Source: Nitrospinaceae bacterium (lineage in GTDB: Bacteria > Nitrospinota > Nitrospinia > Nitrospinales > Nitrospinaceae). Taken from it: a DNA stretch of 64,000 nt. A model generated the notes under the pieces. That model saw only the letters and a program-made list of their open reading frames with translations. It was not told the DNA's origin and did not search any database. The stretch spans positions 800,001-864,000 of the forward strand of contig OZ250172.1 of the NCBI GenBank assembly GCA_965237905.1, in the 5' to 3' direction. Position numbers and translations under genes: made by a program. Shown here one piece after another: positions 1 through 9,493 of the stretch; the stretch's first letter is position 1, and the number at the start of each line of letters is the position of its first letter.

Positions 1-71
1 AACCCGGCCACAAGATCAATCTCGACAGTTTCGAGCGGCCGGATCGCGCCATGCACGCCATCGGCGGTTAA
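1..71 (+). CDS. 3' end of an upstream gene truncated by the window edge (...PGHKINLDSFERPDRAMHAIGG*)
   Basis: Open frame with genome-typical codons ending TAA at 69-71, followed directly by a hairpin; product not identifiable. Confidence 0.5.
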   Translation, partial: PGHKINLDSFERPDRAMHAIGG

Positions 72-175
72 CCCGTCTAACGACGGGGGGGAATCTGGCT
101 GACCGTTAAGGGCAACCGATGAGTCTCTGGGCGCAATACGGAGTTTAAAATTTGTTCCGGGCCTTGTCCGGCCCT
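72..175 (-). repeat. Copy A of a dispersed ~100-nt hairpin-bounded repeat
   Basis: Reverse complement aligns by eye with 25045-25157 and 55231-55331 (GCCGG.CAAGGCCCGG.RCAAATT...TGYGCCCA...GTCARCC...CCCCC..TAGR.GG). Confidence 0.6.
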
Positions 176-437
176 ACCGGGGAAGGGAGCTTGCTGACGG
201 TTAACAGCCAGAGAAACTCCCCGGGCGCAATTCAATGAACACTGGATCTTGCCCTTTCCTGCCCTCTTTTCTGCATTTTCTGCACCTTGATGACTTGACC
301 ATTCCTTGGGAATATCCTGTTAACTAATTGATTTTAAAAGTCTTATTCGAATTCGCCTTGAAAGACATGAGAACCCGGTTTGAGGTAAATCTAACGAACC
401 GCAGATTTACAGAAAATCTGGTTTTTTGGAAAAGTAG

Positions 438-446
438 TGGTATACT
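438..446 (+). promoter_or_regulatory. Extended -10 promoter (TGn-TATACT)
   Basis: TGG TATACT at 438-446, about 50 nt upstream of a strong terminator. Confidence 0.45.
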
Positions 447-451
447 GGTTT

Positions 452-534
452 CAATAAATCGGTAGTTGTTATACCTTTTTACCTCCTCTTAAAGTGTCTG
501 GGAGCAGACCCTCCTGCTCCCGGATATTTTTTTT
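452..534 (+). ncRNA. Candidate ~80-nt sRNA (or attenuated leader) with anti-Shine-Dalgarno motif
   Basis: Extended -10 upstream, ACCTCCT at 481-487, 13-bp terminator stem plus T8. Confidence 0.4.
495..534 (+). terminator. Intrinsic terminator
   Basis: TGTCTGGGAGCAG / CTGCTCCCGGATA stem followed by TTTTTTTT. Confidence 0.8.
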
Positions 535-592
535 GCTTCCCGGTTGTGTTAATTTGTTACCACTTTCAAAACGCTTGATCCCGAATTCCCTC

Positions 593-1417
593 ATGACGCT
601 TCAAGAAAAATACGAAAAACTGAAGTCACTGTTCCGTGAGATGGGCAGTGTGGCCGTCGCCTATTCCGGAGGAGTCGACAGCGCCCTGGTACTGGCGGTG
701 GCGCATTCAATTTTGAACGGAAACACGCTGGCGGTGACGGGAAACTCAGCCAGCCTGGCGCAACGGGAACGGATAGCGGCCACTGAGTTTGCGGCGACAC
801 TCGGAGTCGAACATTGCGTTATCGATACGGGAGAAGTCTCCTCCCCCGACTACGCCGCGAACCCGATCAACCGATGTTATTACTGCAAATCGGAATTGTA
901 TTCCAAACTGCGTGAAGTCGCCGATCAACACCACCTGAAACATATCGTCAACGGCACCAACGTGAACGACCTGGGGGATCATCGTCCCGGGCTGGTATCG
1001 GCACGCGAGGCGGGGGTCCGGAGTCCTTTATGCGAAGCGGGAATGACCAAACAGGATGTGCGCGACCTGGCCCGGCAATTGGGTTTACCCGTCTGGGACA
1101 AACCGGCCATGCCCTGCCTGTCCTCGCGCATTCCATACGAACAAGCCGTTACTCCAGAAAAACTGGCGATGATCGAGCAGGCGGAGGATTTTCTGATTGC
1201 TCTCGGCTTCAAACAATTACGGGTGCGGCATTATGGAGAGTCGGCCCGCATCGAACTGCCTCAAGAGGACCTGCCGCACTTTTATAAGGAAAACCTGTTC
1301 GAGCCGGTCCATAAGCGGTTTTTGGAAATCGGTTTCAAACAAGTGACGGTGGATCCCGAAGGCTTCCGTTCCGGCAGATTGAACGAAGCGGTGTCCTCCG
1401 AAATCGAAGGAAAATAA
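593..1417 (+). CDS. larE: ATP-dependent sulfur transferase LarE family (PP-loop)
   Basis: SGGVDS PP-loop, RCYYCK, RPG, PCLSSRIPY, LRVRH motifs; ATG at 593 preferred over the ORF-track start at 494. Confidence 0.9.
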   Translation: MTLQEKYEKLKSLFREMGSVAVAYSGGVDSALVLAVAHSILNGNTLAVTGNSASLAQRERIAATEFAATLGVEHCVIDTGEVSSPDYAANPINRCYYCKSELYSKLREVADQHHLKHIVNGTNVNDLGDHRPGLVSAREAGVRSPLCEAGMTKQDVRDLARQLGLPVWDKPAMPCLSSRIPYEQAVTPEKLAMIEQAEDFLIALGFKQLRVRHYGESARIELPQEDLPHFYKENLFEPVHKRFLEIGFKQVTVDPEGFRSGRLNEAVSSEIEGK

Positions 1418-1418
1418 A

Positions 1419-1661
1419 ATGTTTCAATATAAACTGAAACCCGAATTCCGCAAGGAGTTGAAAAACCCGGACCTGTTCGTTAAGGGAATGGAAAAAGTGT
1501 ACTGGGGGTTGATCATCGCCATGGCCGGTGTGGGGCTGATGCTGATCCTGTATTTCAACGACCCGGAAAAGGTACTGCATCCCACCTGGATTCTGTTCAT
1601 TGGGCTGGGCCTGGCCGGATGGGGGGAATGGCAGAAATACAAGGGCAAGGGGAGTTTGTGA
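1419..1661 (+). CDS. Small two-TM membrane protein, unknown function
   Basis: 80 aa with two hydrophobic segments; starts 1 nt after the larE stop. Confidence 0.75.
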   Translation: MFQYKLKPEFRKELKNPDLFVKGMEKVYWGLIIAMAGVGLMLILYFNDPEKVLHPTWILFIGLGLAGWGEWQKYKGKGSL

Positions 1662-1776
1662 GACAGGATAAAAACTCCCCCTTCTTGAAGGGGGCTGGGG
1701 GGATTTGGAACCACAGATGAACACAAATAAACACTGATAAATCTGGAACAGGGAACACGGAGCATGGAGCATGGAG
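1662..1776. repeat. Mosaic of short palindromic/tandem repeats
   Basis: GACAGGAT, CTCCCCCTT...AAGGGGG hairpin, ACCACAGATGAACAC unit (also at 24836, 45183, 46008), GGAGCAT tandem. Confidence 0.7.
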
Positions 1777-1804
1777 AAAAAATTACCAGCGGAGGTACTC
1801 CGCC

Positions 1805-1983
1805 AAAAAAAGGACCCTTTCTTTTCGCGCACGCGATTCAGAAAAGATCCCCGGGGTTGCCCCCAACCCGTTGCCGCACATTTCGGAGGCAACCCCAACA
1901 ACCTTATAGCCGAATACACTTACTTTACTTCGATTCCACTACCCATCGGCTATAACAGGAGCCGGCTCCATTGCCTGCTCCCA
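1805..1983 (-). ncRNA. Candidate ~180-nt structured sRNA
   Basis: TTGACA-17-CATATT promoter upstream; four consecutive hairpins whose G-U pairs form only on the minus strand; ends in hairpin + T7. Confidence 0.55.
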
Positions 1984-1988
1984 CAATA

Positions 1989-2017
1989 AATATGGGCCGA
2001 CCCGCCACTCCTGTCAA
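1989..2017 (-). promoter_or_regulatory. Sigma70 promoter
   Basis: -35 TTGACA (2012-2017), 17-nt spacer, -10 CATATT (1989-1994). Confidence 0.6.
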
Positions 2018-2047
2018 TATTTGAACCTATAAAATCGAACCGGGTGG

Positions 2048-2908
2048 TTATTTCCCTTTTTTAGGGAGATGGTTGTTTTCGGAGTTTTGGCCGAGCCACT
2101 GGGATCGCTTGGTGGCTTCCTCGACGGCGTTCATGAGGGTGGTGCGGAGTCCTCCCTTTTCCAGCATATGCAGGCCGGAGATGGTGGTGCCGCCGGGCGA
2201 GGTGACCTGATCCTTCAATTCGCCGGGATGCTTGCCGCTTTCCAGCGCCAGTTTGGCGGAGCCGAGGACGGTTTGCAGGGTGAGGATATTCGCCACGTCG
2301 CGCGACAGTCCCATCTTCACCCCTGCGTCGGACAACGCTTCGATGATCATGAATATGTAGGCCGGTCCACTGCCGCTCAACCCGGTCACCGCGTCGAGAT
2401 GCGATTCACTCACGTCGACAGTTTTTCCAACCGCTTCAAAAATCCGGTGCGCCACTTTGAGATCGGTGGCGGACACTTTGTGACTGGCTGCCAGCGCAGT
2501 TACGCTTTCATGCACCAGGGCCGGAGTATTGGGCATGGTGCGCACCACGCCCAGTTTTTTCTTGCCGTCCGGACTCAAATATTCCGCAATGGTTTTGATG
2601 GGAATGCCGGCGGCGATGGAGATCACCAGTTTTTTATCGTCGACCCACTCGGCGATGCCTTCCAACACGTCTTTCATGGACTGCGGTTTCACCGCCAGCA
2701 GGAGGATGTCGCTTTTCTTCGCCAGCTCGCAGTTGTCGTCGGTGGTTTTGACATGATATTCCTGATGCAACCATTCCCGGCGTACCGGACAGACATCGGC
2801 GACCATCAGGTTTTTGGCCTCGATGAATCCAGCAGACAAGAGACCCTTGATCATGGCCTCGGCCATATTGCCGCCTCCGATGAATCCTATTTTTTTACTC
2901 TTCAGCAC
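2048..2908 (-). CDS. proC: Pyrroline-5-carboxylate reductase
   Basis: IGFIGGGNMA, LLAVKPQ, RTMPNTP, GLSGSGPAY, VTSPGGTT. Confidence 0.97.
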   Translation of the reverse strand: MLKSKKIGFIGGGNMAEAMIKGLLSAGFIEAKNLMVADVCPVRREWLHQEYHVKTTDDNCELAKKSDILLLAVKPQSMKDVLEGIAEWVDDKKLVISIAAGIPIKTIAEYLSPDGKKKLGVVRTMPNTPALVHESVTALAASHKVSATDLKVAHRIFEAVGKTVDVSESHLDAVTGLSGSGPAYIFMIIEALSDAGVKMGLSRDVANILTLQTVLGSAKLALESGKHPGELKDQVTSPGGTTISGLHMLEKGGLRTTLMNAVEEATKRSQWLGQNSENNHLPKKGK

Positions 2909-2935
2909 AACGTTATCTCCTGCATTAATATTATT

Positions 2936-3634
2936 TCAGTGGGCATCTCGCCCCCCGAAAATGGCCGTGCCCACCCGCACCCAGGTGGCGCCTTCTTCGA
3001 TGGCCACTTCAAAATCGTTCGACATGCCCATGGACAATTCGTCCATGGATATATTTTCGATATTCACCTTCTGCATCCGGTCCCGCAACCGCCGCAACGC
3101 GGCAAAATGCTTGCGTGACTTTTCAGGATCGGGATCGAAAGGCGGAATCGTCATCAACCCCCGGACCGAAATCCCATTCAGAGAAACCACCATGTCCAGT
3201 AATTCTTCCAAATCGTCGGGATTCACCCCGGACTTGCTGGTTTCTCCCGACACGTTGACCTGAATCAACACCGGTGTAACCAAATCATACTTCATACTGT
3301 GCCGATGAATTTCCTCGGCCAGCTCCGAATTATCGACCGAATGAATCAACTCGAACAGTCCGGGAATATACTTTACTTTATTCCTCTGCAAATGCCCAAT
3401 GAAATGCCAGTGAACCGATTCTGTCCCCAGGGTTTCAATTTTATCCTGGGCTTCCTGAACCTTGTTCTCCCCAAACACGCATCCGCCAATCTCACCCGCT
3501 TCGGCAATGCGTTCGACGGGAACGGTTTTGGTGACTGCAACCAGGCGAACCGCATTCGGCTCGCGTCCGGATTTACGGGCGGCCTCCGCCATGCGTTCTT
3601 TAACGGTAGCCAGGTTATCGGCAATCAAGGACAT
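2936..3634 (-). CDS. yggS: PLP homeostasis protein YggS
   Basis: LVAVTK, FGENKVQE, WHFIGHLQRNK, LSMGMSNDFEVAIEEGATWVRVGTAIFG; next to proC. Confidence 0.95.
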   Translation of the reverse strand: MSLIADNLATVKERMAEAARKSGREPNAVRLVAVTKTVPVERIAEAGEIGGCVFGENKVQEAQDKIETLGTESVHWHFIGHLQRNKVKYIPGLFELIHSVDNSELAEEIHRHSMKYDLVTPVLIQVNVSGETSKSGVNPDDLEELLDMVVSLNGISVRGLMTIPPFDPDPEKSRKHFAALRRLRDRMQKVNIENISMDELSMGMSNDFEVAIEEGATWVRVGTAIFGGRDAH

Positions 3635-3704
3635 GAATAGGGACCGGTGTCGGGAATGGAAAGTTTGCAGGATTAAAACCAATAACTCCGATTCAGAATG
3701 AAGC

Positions 3705-4052
3705 TCAATATAAGGCCTGTGTGCCCTTCTCCCCGGTACGCACCCGGATGGCTTCCTCAACCGGCTGGACGAAAATTTTTCCGTCCCCCAGGTTGCCGGT
3801 GCGCAGGGTGGACACCATCGCCTCGACCACCTCATCGACACTTTCATCCTCCAGGACAATGGTAATTTCGATCCGGTGGTGAAATTGAGGAACCTTGCTC
3901 TTTTCGGGATCGGGATCGGATTGCATCTGGCTCAGGGGTTTGCCGATTCCTTTGACCTCGGACACGGACATACCGGGAACCCCCAGGGCAAACAGCTTTT
4001 CCCTGATCTCATCCAGCTTCTCGAACCGCATGTAACATCTGATCATTTTCAT
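3705..4052 (-). CDS. P-II family signal transduction protein with atypical T-loop
   Basis: GMSVSEVKG, RTGNLGDGKIFV B-loop, RVRTGE C-loop. Confidence 0.9.
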   Translation of the reverse strand: MKMIRCYMRFEKLDEIREKLFALGVPGMSVSEVKGIGKPLSQMQSDPDPEKSKVPQFHHRIEITIVLEDESVDEVVEAMVSTLRTGNLGDGKIFVQPVEEAIRVRTGEKGTQALY

Positions 4053-4073
4053 AAGGAAAGACCAATTTAGACG

Positions 4074-4113
4074 AAAAAAAAAGGCTTTGCAACCGTACAG
4101 ATTGCAAAGCCTT
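4074..4113 (-). terminator. Intrinsic terminator after the response regulator
   Basis: AAGGCTTTGCAA/TTGCAAAGCCTT stem with a T-tract on the minus strand. Confidence 0.8.
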
Positions 4114-4142
4114 ATGTGACTCAACCCGGAGGTCGTTATCGA

Positions 4143-4538
4143 TTAAAAGTTAATTTCCTTCCCGGCGGCGATCAGGTCCCCCACCACCGCTAATAATTTT
4201 TCTTTTTCGACGGGTTTGACCAGGTAATCCTTGACCCCCTTTTTCAGCAAATCGGACGCTAGTTCCGTATCTGGATAACCGGTAATGACAACGATAGGAA
4301 TCCCCGGTGCTTGTTCTCTAATAAATTGAATGCACTCCACCCCGTTGACCTTGGGCATTCGAATATCACACAGAATCACCCCGCAATTCACCATATTATC
4401 CCCTGATTTGAGAATGTCGATGGCGTTCTGCCCGTCCACCGCTTCCAATACGTTGAGACCTTTCTGTTCTAATTGTAGTTTAATTACATCCCGAACGTCA
4501 TTTTCATCATCCACAACCAGAATTTTCCCCTTTGCCAT
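4143..4538 (-). CDS. Single-domain response regulator (receiver only)
   Basis: ILVVDDE, CDIRMP, VITG, YLVKP. Confidence 0.93.
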   Translation of the reverse strand: MAKGKILVVDDENDVRDVIKLQLEQKGLNVLEAVDGQNAIDILKSGDNMVNCGVILCDIRMPKVNGVECIQFIREQAPGIPIVVITGYPDTELASDLLKKGVKDYLVKPVEKEKLLAVVGDLIAAGKEINF

Positions 4539-4791
4539 AGCAACCCCCTTCATAAAGGTTTCTAAAAGTATTAGAATTAGTGTAATAAGGTTGTTCACGC
4601 ATCAATCATGCCCGATGCCTATATTCGACCTTCCCGCTCCATGGAGGACTTGCTAATCTTATCATAAAAATAGGCCCTGGGCCGGAACCGGGCCACTTTT
4701 TTTGTAAAAAGCATGAAATTTAAAGGCCTTGGGCCTATATTGGCTGTGATGGGTATCGGAAAAATTCCAGCTCACTCTAAAAGGGTGGTCC

Positions 4792-7218
4792 GTGACCGTG
4801 AAACCAAAACCTGCGCGCAATTCTTTTTCTTTTTTGCGTATGGGATTAAAAAACAAATTGATTGCCATCGTGATCGGGGTCGGAACAGTGCCCTTGATCC
4901 TGGCCATGATCTTCTCCTACCTGCAGGGCAACAAATCACTGACCCAGGTGATCGGCGCCAGTTTCCAGGCCCTGGCCTACGAAACCTCCACTAAAATTGA
5001 CATCCTGCTGAAGGAGGAAATTCATAAAATCACCCACCTGGCCAGTCATCCCACGCTGGTGCTTTGGGTCACGCAACAAAACAAATATCTGAAACAGATC
5101 TCTTCTTCTAAAATCGACCAGGAAATCCGTCAACAATCCCAGGCGTGGAGCGATCGGAACCCTCAATCCCTCTCGCCCACCACCAATAGGGCCAGCAATG
5201 TATTGAAGGGTTTTTTGAAGACCGACCCCTATGCCTCCGAAAATACGTTGGCCTTGTTCATCACCGACGCCAAAGGATTGCTGGTTTCCAGTATCAATTT
5301 TCATCCCGGCTATGTGAATACCCATTTTCCTTCCTGGAAAAAAATCATGGCCGGGCAACTGGAAACCTTTTTCGGTGCCCTGGCACGGGACACTCAGACA
5401 GAGCGCTACACATTCGAGTTGGCGGTACCCATCAAAAACCATGAAGGCCAGGTCGCTGGCGTGCTGCACCGGGTGTATATTGCCAAAGATTTTTTTATCA
5501 ATGCCCTCGAAACCATCACCTTCGGTGAAACCGGCCACGTGATGGTGATCGATTCCAATGGAGTGGTACTGAATTGCCCGATTTTACCGACGGGACACCA
5601 ACTGGCCGACCCCGAACTGGTTAAAGCCGTCACCGGCCCGTCGAACGCCTGGGTTCAAACCCAGGGAGACGGGCATGGAAGCGAGGATACGTCCATCATC
5701 GGCTACTCTCCCCTTGAAAAAACGAGCCAATACACTTTAGCCTCCAGCGATCAGCGGTGGTTCACTTTTGCCTGGCAGGCTTCTGACGAACTGTTCGCTC
5801 CGACCGAAAGCCTACTGACCTGGGTCTCGGGCGCCGGATTGTTTTCCATTCTCTTGATCGTCATCATGGGTTCCCTGGCGGCCAACAAGATCGTGCGTCC
5901 CATCCGGCAGGTACAGCACGCGGCCGTGTCCATCGGACGTGGGGAAACGGTGGAACCGCTCGACATCAAAACCGGAGACGAAATCGAGTCCCTGGCGGAA
6001 GAAATCAATACCATGAGTGGACTGTTACAAAAAACGTTTTCCGGCCTGGAACACCAGGTGGAGGCCAAAACCCAGGAAGTGATTCATCTTAAAAAATATA
6101 CCGACAGTATCTTGATGAGCGTCCCAGAAATTATTTCGATTCTGGACCCCGATTTGAAAATTGAATACGCCAATGCGGCTTTTGAACAATTGACCGGCTG
6201 TCAACCCGACAGGTATCTGGAACATACGTTGTCTGAGATTTCTTTGGAACCTTCGAAAGAGTGGAACTTATTGAGTAAGGAGGTGGAGAAATATCAATGG
6301 GGAATCAAAAAGGATCGCCGCCCTCCTTCTCAGTCCGACGCTTCCTATAAAGCCAAAGATCCCCTGGCTCCTTGCGACGAAAGCCCGGACAAGGATTCGC
6401 GAAACACCGTCACTCTGGGTAACTGCATTTTTGCCTATAAGTTTTTCGATGTGGTGCTGGAAGAGGAAAAGGCACAGCGGATCGGCCTCATCATGAAAGA
6501 CATTACCGAAGAAAAAAGACTGCTGGATCAGTTGACCCAGGCCGACAAGCTTTCGGGGCTGGGAACCCTCGCGGCGGGGATCGCCCATGAAATGAACAAC
6601 CCGCTGTATTCCATCATGGGTTTCACCGAAGCCATCCTGGAGGAAAAACAGATTTCTAAAATCCAGCCTCTCGCCCAAAAAGTGCTCGCCCGGTCCAAAC
6701 ACATGGCGTCGGTTATCCTAAACCTGTCGGGCTACGCCCGGACCAATGAGCAGGATGCCTTAAAAGATGTTGATATCAACGACGCGCTCAAGGCGGCCAC
6801 GGAAATGGCCTTGATGGCTTCTTATACCGATGACATTGACTTGGAAAAAAATTTCGGTTCGGTTCCGAGCATACAAGCCAAGCCGGAGGAAATCCAACAG
6901 GTGTTCCTCAATATTATAAGCAATGCAGTCCAGGCGATGGAGGGCAAAGGCAAGCTGACTCTTTCCTCCCAACACGACCAGGAATTCATCGTCGTTCAAA
7001 TCCGGGATACCGGTCCAGGCATTTCTCCTGAATACATTTCCAAAGTGTTCGATCCATTCTTCACCACCAAGGAACAAGGCGAAGGCACGGGACTGGGACT
7101 CAACATCGTTCACCGGGTGGTGAACCAATATGGCGGAAATATAAAAATCGAATCTGAACCAGGGGAGGGAACGACGTTTGTGATCTCGTTTCCCGTCAAT
7201 GGGAAAGAAAATAAATGA
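4792..7218 (+). CDS. Membrane sensor histidine kinase (Cache-HAMP-PAS-HisKA-HATPase)
   Basis: Two TM segments, HAMP ([12 protein letters not shown]), [33 protein letters not shown]; true start may be 4840. Confidence 0.93.
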   Translation: MTVKPKPARNSFSFLRMGLKNKLIAIVIGVGTVPLILAMIFSYLQGNKSLTQVIGASFQALAYETSTKIDILLKEEIHKITHLASHPTLVLWVTQQNKYLKQISSSKIDQEIRQQSQAWSDRNPQSLSPTTNRASNVLKGFLKTDPYASENTLALFITDAKGLLVSSINFHPGYVNTHFPSWKKIMAGQLETFFGALARDTQTERYTFELAVPIKNHEGQVAGVLHRVYIAKDFFINALETITFGETGHVMVIDSNGVVLNCPILPTGHQLADPELVKAVTGPSNAWVQTQGDGHGSEDTSIIGYSPLEKTSQYTLASSDQRWFTFAWQASDELFAPTESLLTWVSGAGLFSILLIVIMGSLAANKIVRPIRQVQHAAVSIGRGETVEPLDIKTGDEIESLAEEINTMSGLLQKTFSGLEHQVEAKTQEVIHLKKYTDSILMSVPEIISILDPDLKIEYANAAFEQLTGCQPDRYLEHTLSEISLEPSKEWNLLSKEVEKYQWGIKKDRRPPSQSDASYKAKDPLAPCDESPDKDSRNTVTLGNCIFAYKFFDVVLEEEKAQRIGLIMKDITEEKRLLDQLTQADKLSGLGTLAAGIAHEMNNPLYSIMGFTEAILEEKQISKIQPLAQKVLARSKHMASVILNLSGYARTNEQDALKDVDINDALKAATEMALMASYTDDIDLEKNFGSVPSIQAKPEEIQQVFLNIISNAVQAMEGKGKLTLSSQHDQEFIVVQIRDTGPGISPEYISKVFDPFFTTKEQGEGTGLGLNIVHRVVNQYGGNIKIESEPGEGTTFVISFPVNGKENK

Positions 7219-7225
7219 ATGCGAA

Positions 7226-8017
7226 TTAAGAGGGTTGCTCGGGAGCGGGGGCCATCAATTTGATCCAGTGTTTTTTCTCCCACTGTATGGCTTCCCGGTA
7301 ATGGAGGTATTCTTTTTCCTTGGCCTTGAAATCCTTGTGGTGCATCTGCCATTGACCGTTGCGCCGTACTGGCGGCACTGCCTGGTGGCACATTTCATGG
7401 TAGACCGTCAACTCCAGTACGCTCACGGGAACAAAATCCTGCTTCAGCCGCTGGTGAATGCGAATCAATTTGTTTTTGGCGTCATAGTTTCCAAAACTAA
7501 AGGAACGGCGATTGGGGACTTTGACATTTTTTCCCCACTCCACCTGAGCCTCCACCTTGCCGTTAAAATATTCTTCATTCAAGCGGTCGAAAATCGCCTG
7601 CAGGTCCCGTTCACCGGCCGGTGGTGCTTCCACCCATTCCAATTCCTCCTGACGGGCCTGGGCCCGGCATTCCTTGAGAAAACTGCGCACCAGCGTGCGG
7701 TGCGACTCCGGCAAGTGCTCCAACTGCGCCACCTGGCCAAGCAGTCGGCTTTGGAGGGACTCCTGAACATCCGACGTCTCGCACGGAAACAAATCGTAAT
7801 ACCCTTCGTTGAACATCTCCCATTTCACCCGTTGAGCGCTGGAATCGACACTCACCTGCCCCAAAAACTCCAAACCTTTTTTGCGGCACCGGAATATGTT
7901 CTTGAATACATTTCCAGCCGTGGCGAAGGCACTGGGAACTCCCAAGGTAATCGTACCGGGGTTAACCGTTTGCTTTTTTAAAGCTGGCATGGAAGAACTC
8001 GCTTTCAGGAGGGCCAC
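7226..8017 (-). CDS. SprT-like zinc metalloprotease domain protein
   Basis: FDRLNEEYF, YHEMCH (HExxH), downstream HHKDF; start uncertain. Confidence 0.8.
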   Translation of the reverse strand: MALLKASSSMPALKKQTVNPGTITLGVPSAFATAGNVFKNIFRCRKKGLEFLGQVSVDSSAQRVKWEMFNEGYYDLFPCETSDVQESLQSRLLGQVAQLEHLPESHRTLVRSFLKECRAQARQEELEWVEAPPAGERDLQAIFDRLNEEYFNGKVEAQVEWGKNVKVPNRRSFSFGNYDAKNKLIRIHQRLKQDFVPVSVLELTVYHEMCHQAVPPVRRNGQWQMHHKDFKAKEKEYLHYREAIQWEKKHWIKLMAPAPEQPS

Positions 8018-8152
8018 TGAGAAGATATCAAGAGGCGTTTAAACCTAACCCAATGAGTTTACACTCTGGCCCGGTGTAAATTCAATTCCTTTTTTCTTGC
8101 GCGGTTTCCCGGCTGTCTTTACTTGCCTGGCGATTCGTGTAATGATTAATCT

Positions 8153-9493
8153 ATGCAAAATTTAATATCCGCCTTTTTAATACTTTTACTGGCAAGCGCG
8201 TGCGCAGGGCCTCCTGCTACGGAAAATGCCTCGACCACCTACGATCCCGCCCCGGATATCGACCGGTTTTTGGCCACCCAAGATCCCGCCGAAGAATCCG
8301 AAATCCTGAAAAGGTTGAAAGAATCCGGGATTCCCCATGACGCGATCAAAACCCATTTACGCGCCAGTGCCGTCATTTATCGCGGACCAACTGGCTTGTA
8401 CTACGGCGTACCCGTCAAACACATGGGCAAGGAATTGACTTATTCCTTATATATCCCCGAATCGGCACAGGAGGGACAACCGTTGCCGATGGTCGTTATC
8501 CTGCACGGCATGGGTGGAACAGGCGATTTGACTCTCCAGAGTTGGCGGAAGCGGTTGAACGATGAATTCATCATCCTCTGCCCTTCGTATCCCATCGGCG
8601 CCTGGTGGACCCAGTCGGCGGAGGAGTTGGTTCTGCAACTGATCCGCGAAACCAAAATGCGGGTCCCGGTCGATCCCAACCGGATTTTTCTGGCGGGACT
8701 TTCCAATGGCGCGTTGGGGACTTACATGATAGGAGCGTTTCATCCCGATTATTTTGCAGGCATCATCCCCATTGCCGGTGCGATTTCGGAACCGCATTAT
8801 TTGCATTTCCTGATCAACCTCACCCACACTCCGGTCTACAGCATCCAGGGGCAATATGATCCCATCTTTCCCATCCAGTTCAGTCACCGTATCAATAAAA
8901 TCCTGACCGATATGAAATATCCTCTGACGTATCGCGAACACACCGAGAAAGGCACAGCGCATGGCGGACATTTTCTGCCCGCATCGGAAGTGCCCGTACT
9001 CTTGGAATGGTTGAAGGAACAACAACGGGAACCATATTCCACCATCATACGCATGGTACGGGAGGGCAATCATCTGGACCGTATTCAATGGGCTCGCGTG
9101 ACTCGCGGATTGAATATGGCCGCCTTGCAGATACCCGGTCCCCTGCCGGAATCCATGAACATCAAAGACGGCAAAGCCGCCACCTTGATCGCCGTTCACA
9201 AGGAATCCAACCTGTTCGAAACCATGGGGAAAAATCTGCTGGAAATGGAACTCTATTTAGATGCCAACCGGGTGGACTTTGAACAACCGGTCATGGTGAC
9301 GTTCCAGGAAATGAAAGAGTTGGAGGGCAAAATTATCGTCGGGCAGAAGCTGGTCAAGTACCAGGGAAAAGTAACCCGGGATACCGCCCTCCTGCTCCGG
9401 GAATTCAAATTGCGCCGGGACCCGGAACAACTGTACGATGCGAAAATCACCGTGGTTCTAGAAGAGGGTTCCCAATTTGCCATGAAACCATGA
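8153..9493 (+). CDS. Alpha/beta-hydrolase (esterase/peptidase) lipoprotein
   Basis: Lipobox LASAC, LHGMGG, GLSNG nucleophile elbow, GQYD, GGH. Confidence 0.8.
   Translation: MQNLISAFLILLLASACAGPPATENASTTYDPAPDIDRFLATQDPAEESEILKRLKESGIPHDAIKTHLRASAVIYRGPTGLYYGVPVKHMGKELTYSLYIPESAQEGQPLPMVVILHGMGGTGDLTLQSWRKRLNDEFIILCPSYPIGAWWTQSAEELVLQLIRETKMRVPVDPNRIFLAGLSNGALGTYMIGAFHPDYFAGIIPIAGAISEPHYLHFLINLTHTPVYSIQGQYDPIFPIQFSHRINKILTDMKYPLTYREHTEKGTAHGGHFLPASEVPVLLEWLKEQQREPYSTIIRMVREGNHLDRIQWARVTRGLNMAALQIPGPLPESMNIKDGKAATLIAVHKESNLFETMGKNLLEMELYLDANRVDFEQPVMVTFQEMKELEGKIIVGQKLVKYQGKVTRDTALLLREFKLRRDPEQLYDAKITVVLEEGSQFAMKP

Noticed and set aside
86..222. 6S RNA, cobalamin riboswitch or retron msr-msd
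   Set aside because: Consensus motifs are missing, the fold is too short and branched for 6S, there is no reverse transcriptase, and the segment shares sequence with two other intergenic repeats
1764..1989. Short plus-strand ORFs of 63-72 aa
   Set aside because: They span repeat units and hairpins; signals favour a minus-strand non-coding RNA
7199..7981. 260-aa plus-strand ORF
   Set aside because: Antisense shadow of the SprT-like gene, which carries the recognisable motif
8055..8084. GAGTTTACAC/GTGTAAATTC inverted repeat between divergent genes
   Set aside because: Single occurrence; could be an operator or hairpin but no regulator can be assigned
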